Below are positions 58,940 to 64,000 of a stretch of DNA of 64,000 nucleotides, piece by piece. The translations under genes were made by a program, and so were the position numbers. The stretch is from Promethearchaeota archaeon (GTDB lineage: Archaea > Asgardarchaeota > Lokiarchaeia > Sigyniarchaeales > SOKP01): NCBI GenBank assembly GCA_020343655.1, contig CP070805.1, forward strand, positions 2,086,676 through 2,150,675, given 5' to 3'. The notes below the pieces were generated by a model that made no database searches, had not been told where the DNA came from, and was given only the letters and a program-made list of their open reading frames with translations. How positions within the stretch are numbered: the first letter of the stretch is position 1; every line of letters begins with the position of its first letter.

Positions 58940-59941
58940 TCATGATTCTTGGATGAGTTCAATGAATTCTTCTTCATTATCCAGTTTTTCTAAATTTTTA
59001 ATTCTAACAATGGGAATTTTTTCCTTTTTAAACATCTCAGGAATTTTAATATCGTTATCAATTATTAAGAGTGAAGTCTTGTGGAATAAATCTGCGAAAA
59101 TTTTTAGACATTTCAAACTCATTTCATTGACTTTACCTTGTTCTTCTGAAATACTAGAAAAAAGAGGATAAAATCCTTCTAAATCTTTTTTTTCGGACGT
59201 AGAGTATAAGGATAATTTAAAGGGAATTGACCCTTTCTTATACCAGTATGAAGTAAGGCCGATATCCCTTATTATATTTTGTATGTGAGATTCAAATTCA
59301 TTTAATTCTTTCTCTTCAAAGATTTTTTTATCATCGACAATATTTTCAATAGGCCATCCAAAAACGTTTATTTTTTTAAAAAGATCATTATTTTCCAATA
59401 TCTCTAGTAGCTTTTCAGCAATTTTTTCAGATGGACGCATAGATTCGTTTTCATATGCACACAAGGTTCTCTTCGTTACACCTAAAGTTTCTGATAGTTC
59501 CTTTCTTGTTATTGAATGATTTTCTCTTAGTATTTTCATTAAACTACCATTTAAAAACACAACTCCACCACCCCTTCTTGCTAAGATATAAGGATATCTA
59601 TCGTTAAGGATATTCTCAAATGTATTAAGAGTAATAAAGGGTAAACCTTCTCTTATATAGATTGTATTGTCGTCTAATTTTTGGTATCGATTCCTTAGTC
59701 CGATTAATAATGGCTTTGATTTGAGAATTGTAGATAAAGATTTAATATCTCGAATTATATCAGGGTTTAAATTATCAATATTAGGAAATATTTTTACACT
59801 AAATATCTGATTTTCTTTTTTAACTAACAGATCAAAGCAGAATTTGTTTTTCTTAGTAGCAAAATTTTCCAATACTAATGTTTCATAATTAGCATTCTTT
59901 AATAAAACGTCAATTCTCTCAAGAATCTTTTCAATCATCAA
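58940..59941 (-). CDS. Putative transcriptional regulator with central XRE-type HTH
   Basis: The HTH segment is ITRKELSETLGVTKRTLCAYENESMRPS, in the middle of a 333-aa protein. Confidence 0.55.
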   Translation of the reverse strand: MMIEKILERIDVLLKNANYETLVLENFATKKNKFCFDLLVKKENQIFSVKIFPNIDNLNPDIIRDIKSLSTILKSKPLLIGLRNRYQKLDDNTIYIREGLPFITLNTFENILNDRYPYILARRGGGVVFLNGSLMKILRENHSITRKELSETLGVTKRTLCAYENESMRPSEKIAEKLLEILENNDLFKKINVFGWPIENIVDDKKIFEEKELNEFESHIQNIIRDIGLTSYWYKKGSIPFKLSLYSTSEKKDLEGFYPLFSSISEEQGKVNEMSLKCLKIFADLFHKTSLLIIDNDIKIPEMFKKEKIPIVRIKNLEKLDNEEEFIELIQES

Positions 59942-60059
59942 ATTTAATCTTTAAAAAATAATATTGTATAAAAAAATTATTCTTTTTTCTATTATATAAT
60001 ATCAATTTACAAATATATTGCTTTTACATTCTAACATTGATAAATTTTCGAATTTTTAC

Positions 60060-60629
60060 TTACTTTTTATTAGGTAATCTAAGAAGATCAGAATCAGTAA
60101 CTATTCCAATATAATCATTATTTTCTTTTACCAAAACAGCAGGATACTTCAAAAGTAAATCAGATATGTCCTTTACATTCCAATTTTTATCAATTTCTGG
60201 AAATGGTAATTCTTTTATAAGCGATACATCCATATTAATAATTTGTGGATTATCTGTTATGTATTTCTGAATTTTTTTAGATGTTATACTTCCCAAATTC
60301 TGATTATTTTCTATTATTGGTAATTGTGAGATTTCATGTTTATTCATTAAATCTACTGCTTTTCTTATAGTTGAGCTGGATTCGATAGATATTATATCAT
60401 GTACCATTATATCTTCCGCATGTTTCTTTGATTTTTCTCGTATTTTACGTTCATTTTCGAGATATTCAAAAATTTTTTTTAACTTAGAATATGGAGGATC
60501 TATGGTTCCGTTTTCAATTCTAGAAATTGTAGACTGCGGAATATTTAATATTTCTCCCAGGTCTTTTTGACTGATGTTTAATTTTTTACGTAATCGCTTA
60601 ACATCACTCAAAGAGGGTAATATTTCCAT
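60060..60629 (-). CDS. XRE-type HTH plus CBS-pair domain regulator
   Basis: The N-terminal LNISQKDLGEILNIPQSTISRIENG HTH is followed by two CBS-like repeats (VHDIISIES...ISQLPII and PAVLVKENNDYIGIVTDSDLL). Confidence 0.75.
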   Translation of the reverse strand: MEILPSLSDVKRLRKKLNISQKDLGEILNIPQSTISRIENGTIDPPYSKLKKIFEYLENERKIREKSKKHAEDIMVHDIISIESSSTIRKAVDLMNKHEISQLPIIENNQNLGSITSKKIQKYITDNPQIINMDVSLIKELPFPEIDKNWNVKDISDLLLKYPAVLVKENNDYIGIVTDSDLLRLPNKK

Positions 60630-60809
60630 ATTATAATAACATATTTTTATGCTGTATATGCATAATTATTATACAAAATATTTAATAAATATTTACATTT
60701 ATAAAAAGCAAATACTGTATTTTTCATTTAATAAGGAATTTAACTGATAAATAATTTAAAAACATATTTAAAAGGACTATTTATATAGATAAGAAGTTGG
60801 TTAATTGAA

Positions 60810-62054
60810 ATGTTAAAAATTACTCGTGCTAACTTTTTACCAATTGAAAAAAGTGAATTCCCAGAACTCTGTGAAAGGAAAGGTATTGGACACCCTGATA
60901 CTGTTTGTGATGCCGTTGCTGATGCTTGTTCTAGAGCTTTGTGTCTTTATTATCTTGAGAAATTCGATAGAGTATACCACCATAATGTTGATAAGGCTGC
61001 TCTCGTTGGAGGTACTGCAAAACCAGAATATGGCGGAGGTCAGATTATCCAACCACAATATTTTCTCATTGTTGGAAGAGCAATAAATCAAATTCTTAGA
61101 GAGTGTAGTGATGGTACAAATAAACTTGAGTATATTCCTATTCCTACTATTTGTATAGAAACACAACGTGAAGTTCTTTCCAAAATTTTTAGAAACCTTG
61201 ATTTAAATAAAGATATCCAGTTTGATTATGCAGTTCGACCGGGTTCAATAGATTTGACAGGAGTTTTTGATGAGTCTCATCATTCTGAAGAAATTCCACT
61301 TGCTAATGATACAAGTTTTGGTGTCGGTTATGCTCCATATTCGGATGTAGAAAGAATTACTTTAGAAGCTGAAAAATTAATTAATTCGAATAAATTTAAA
61401 GATAAGTGCCCCGCTTCCGGAGAAGATGTGAAGGTTATGACAGAACGAATGGGGAATGAAATTGGAATAACAGTAGCTGCTGCCATGATTAGCAAATATA
61501 TCAACGATGCTAGTGAATATGTTAGTTATACCAATCAAATAAAAGAAGCAGTTTTAGATTTAGCAGCAGATATTATCCCAGAACGTGACATATCATGCCA
61601 AGTAAATGTAGCGGATAATATAGAAAAAGGAATTATATATTTAACTATTACTGGAACATCTGCGGAAGCTGGTGATGATGGAGAAGTAGGACGCGGAAAT
61701 AGAGCAAATGGACTCATAACTCCTTGTAGAACAATGAGCCTAGAAGCTGTTTGCGGAAAGAACCCTATTAATCACGTAGGTAAATTATATAATGTACTTG
61801 GAACAGAAATGGCAAGAGAAATTGTAAAGAGAGGACAAGGAGATATTATAGAGGCACACGTCAAACTTTTATCTCAGATTGGAAGACCAATAACCGATCC
61901 ATGGGTAAATTCAATTGAATTAATTCCTGCAGATAATGTAAACTTTGATTCAGCAAAGAGAATAGCAGAGGAGGTATCCGCTGAAAAGCTCAGTAAAGAA
62001 TACTTTTTTGATTTAAGAAAGAGACTTATTGCAGGTGAGGTTCAAGTATTTTAG
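60810..62054 (+). CDS. mat: Archaeal-type S-adenosylmethionine synthetase
   Basis: Contains the ERKGIGHPDTVCDAVAD N-terminus and NDTSFGVGYAP. The ~410-aa length fits the archaeal MAT family. Confidence 0.9.
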   Translation: MLKITRANFLPIEKSEFPELCERKGIGHPDTVCDAVADACSRALCLYYLEKFDRVYHHNVDKAALVGGTAKPEYGGGQIIQPQYFLIVGRAINQILRECSDGTNKLEYIPIPTICIETQREVLSKIFRNLDLNKDIQFDYAVRPGSIDLTGVFDESHHSEEIPLANDTSFGVGYAPYSDVERITLEAEKLINSNKFKDKCPASGEDVKVMTERMGNEIGITVAAAMISKYINDASEYVSYTNQIKEAVLDLAADIIPERDISCQVNVADNIEKGIIYLTITGTSAEAGDDGEVGRGNRANGLITPCRTMSLEAVCGKNPINHVGKLYNVLGTEMAREIVKRGQGDIIEAHVKLLSQIGRPITDPWVNSIELIPADNVNFDSAKRIAEEVSAEKLSKEYFFDLRKRLIAGEVQVF

Positions 62055-62188
62055 TGTTTAATTATCGATAAACAAATTTTTATTTTTTTCCCTTTTTTTA
62101 TTTATTAGGTTTTAAGTTTATGAAATAACTATATAGATATATGTTTTAAATCTTCCTTAAATTATTAGATTTCTAAGGTGATTATCTA

Positions 62189-62455
62189 ATGGGTTTAGAC
62201 AAGTGGCTCAAGTCAGATGATATAGCAAAAGAATCAACAAAAAAAAAGGAATCATCAATTAAAGCTAAAAGAAGTAAAGGTGAACAAATACAACCTAAAG
62301 AACTTGAAACACAATCAATTAAGTTAACAAAATATGTGTTGGTTTGTCCAAATGCAAAATGTAAATATCAAAAGACAATTATTAAAAAGCAAATCACTGA
62401 TGAAGATAAAACCTGTCCGAGATGTAAGACAAAAATGAAAATTAAGGAATTGTAA
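62189..62455 (+). CDS. Small Lys-rich zinc-ribbon protein
   Basis: CPNAKC...CPRC knuckles in an 88-aa basic protein. Confidence 0.45.
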   Translation: MGLDKWLKSDDIAKESTKKKESSIKAKRSKGEQIQPKELETQSIKLTKYVLVCPNAKCKYQKTIIKKQITDEDKTCPRCKTKMKIKEL

Positions 62456-62708
62456 ATTTATTTTTAGGACCAAATACTTGGGTAATATTTATTTTTTGTG
62501 AGGGAAGGTTATTTAAATCAAAAACAGATTCGCAATTCGGGCAGGTATTTGGCTTTTTTGAATATTTCAGAATAAAGTAAATGATAAAGCCTAAACCTAA
62601 AGTTAGGATTACCATAAAGCAAAGAAGCTCATGATATTGATGAGCAAAATTCTTCCGGCGAAGCAAGACCTCCTGTTCACAAGTTGGGCAATATATTTTA
62701 TGACCCAT
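62442..62708 (-). CDS. Split zinc ribbon with embedded hydrophobic helix (LITAF/SIMPLE-like architecture)
   Basis: CPTC is followed by about 45 aa that include the helix LLCFMVILTLGLGFIIYFIL, then CPNC. Confidence 0.4.
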   Translation of the reverse strand: MGHKIYCPTCEQEVLLRRKNFAHQYHELLCFMVILTLGLGFIIYFILKYSKKPNTCPNCESVFDLNNLPSQKINITQVFGPKNKFTIP

Positions 62709-62925
62709 TTTTCGACTTCCAAAAATATTTTGATGATGAATAAATCTAATACAATGAAGTATAATTATTTTTTGTTTAATATAAAATTATCATTAAACTT
62801 TTTCCATCTTTTGGTAAGTCTACCATAATATATTCTTTACCAATTAGACTTTTTGAAACATAAATTAGCTAGAATTCATCGTATATACGAAATTTTTAGG
62901 AAATAAAAGCATATTTTTAAGGAAA

Positions 62926-63081
62926 TTATATAAATCCTCTAAAAGGTTTTTTCTCTTCGGGTTCTTTCTTTTTCTTTTCGCCGGTTGTCAACATATCCCA
63001 GGTACTATTGACGCCTAACTCTTTTAATTTCTTACGCTCCTCATCCAATGACATTTCATTTTCATTTTCATCTTCACTCAT
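62926..63081 (-). CDS. Possible small charged protein (51 aa)
   Basis: An ATG at 63081 runs to a TAA at 62926-62928 and encodes MSEDENENEMSLDEERKKLKELGVNSTWDMLTTGEKKKKEPEEKKPFRGFI. It is below the ORF-track length cut-off and has no homology evidence. Confidence 0.25.
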   Translation of the reverse strand: MSEDENENEMSLDEERKKLKELGVNSTWDMLTTGEKKKKEPEEKKPFRGFI

Positions 63082-63297
63082 AACATACACGAATGAAATC
63101 TTTAACTTTAATTAATTAGTATACTTCAGCTTAATATACTTTTCTAAATCCAGTATTAGTAAGCATTAAATTAGAGCATTCTATCACTAAAAAAATTTTT
63201 TAAGATTTTCTCAATAAAATTTTATATCTTTAATTTTATAATTAATTAAAACAGTTTTCTTTTAAATAAGTAGAAAAATACACGTTAGGTAAAAAGT

Positions 63298-64000
63298 ATG
63301 ACAATATGTGCTCATTGTGGTGAGGAGATTATTGGAGATTTATTCTATTGTAGTGATTGTAGACAAAATTATTGTATATTCCATAAAGAACCAATAAATC
63401 ATGAATGCAATATTGTAAAAGAGAGTTTAAGGGTTCAACAATTATCAACAACACCCACTTATGGTGAACCCTCTCAAATTTCACCTGCGCCACAAGAACA
63501 TACATATCAACAGCAAATTCCTCCTAGTGTTGTACGAGGAACTACTGATGGCACATATACTTGGTATCGTCAAGAATCCCAGGTTCCAGTAAATGCATTT
63601 GATCCTGATTCAGGTATTGAATTCAAAGGTATCTTATTACCTCATAAATCAGAATTTACACATTTTTTAATTGGCCTATCCCTTATTTTTATTATTGGCC
63701 TTTTAATTTTCACTCCTAATTTAGTTAATACTGGATATGAATGGGCAATTTTTATGTTAGCAGGTTTTTATGCTACAGCTTTTCTCTTTCACGAATTTGG
63801 ACATAGGCAAGTAGCAATTCATTTTGGACTTCAAACGAAATTTAGATTGTTAACTTTTGGAATGATTTTAACGGTTACTGGAGTAGTTTTTGGTCTATAT
63901 TCATTGATATCAGGCGGACCAAGTTTCCCATCATTAGCTCTACCGGGTGCTGTTGTAGTTTTAGGGTTAAGTAAAATTGATAGAACTACAGGTTTATGTA
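63298..64000 (+). CDS. AN1-type zinc finger fused to a membrane HExxH metalloprotease (M50/site-2-protease-like), 3' end outside window
   Basis: CAHC-x10-CSDC-x4-C-x2-H-x5-H-x-C matches the AN1 signature exactly. Downstream are TM helices with HEFGH. The frame stays open to base 64000. Confidence 0.7.
   Translation, partial: MTICAHCGEEIIGDLFYCSDCRQNYCIFHKEPINHECNIVKESLRVQQLSTTPTYGEPSQISPAPQEHTYQQQIPPSVVRGTTDGTYTWYRQESQVPVNAFDPDSGIEFKGILLPHKSEFTHFLIGLSLIFIIGLLIFTPNLVNTGYEWAIFMLAGFYATAFLFHEFGHRQVAIHFGLQTKFRLLTFGMILTVTGVVFGLYSLISGGPSFPSLALPGAVVVLGLSKIDRTTGLC

Overview
AT-rich archaeal chromosomal segment (about 30% G+C by eye). It is densely packed with information-processing genes, and many genes are coupled by overlapping stop and start codons. 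No rRNA, CRISPR array, transposase or integrase was seen.

Gene content suggests an Asgard (Lokiarchaeia-like) genome; this is inference. A profilin-like ORF sits beside the archaeal proteasome/exosome superoperon (psmA, SBDS, rrp4, rrp41, rrp42, rpl37ae, pcc1, pfdB). The window also holds ZPR1, Elp3, CDC48, an AN1 zinc finger fused to a membrane HExxH protease, and a LITAF-like split zinc ribbon.

Other confident genes are SRP54, aIF5A, NAD kinase, Nob1, FEN1, TrmY, dihydroorotase, PyrD/PyrK, a PPi-type phosphofructokinase, a four-subunit 2-oxoacid:ferredoxin oxidoreductase, Sua5/TsaC, Cgi121, an ECF transporter module, TFB, uL2, GatD/GatE, Nop5, fibrillarin, RNase HII, archaeal SAM synthetase and four tRNAs. 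One tRNA, tRNA-Ser(UGA), carries a 22-nt intron.

Observations most worth follow-up:
1. The RNase HII catalytic GIDEAGRG motif is split by an exactly 30-nt in-frame insert that contains a TAA.
2. A THUMP gene has its ATGA-coupled start separated from its conserved N-terminus by one in-frame TAA.
3. A frameshifted relic of a Nop5 C-terminus abuts fibrillarin, while the intact nop5 lies 1.5 kb upstream across an inserted segment.
4. Two tandem uncharacterised paralogs with RHH-like N-termini flank a G+C/purine-rich, oligo-T-terminated element.
5. A G+C-rich JAMM-like gene is wedged between tRNA genes.
6. One protein combines RHH, HisKA and REC domains with no ATPase domain.
7. A poorly characterised stretch carries a HerA-like ATPase, an internally duplicated membrane protein and an AbiEii-like nucleotidyltransferase.

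All calls come from reading the translations and sequence by eye. No database search was run.
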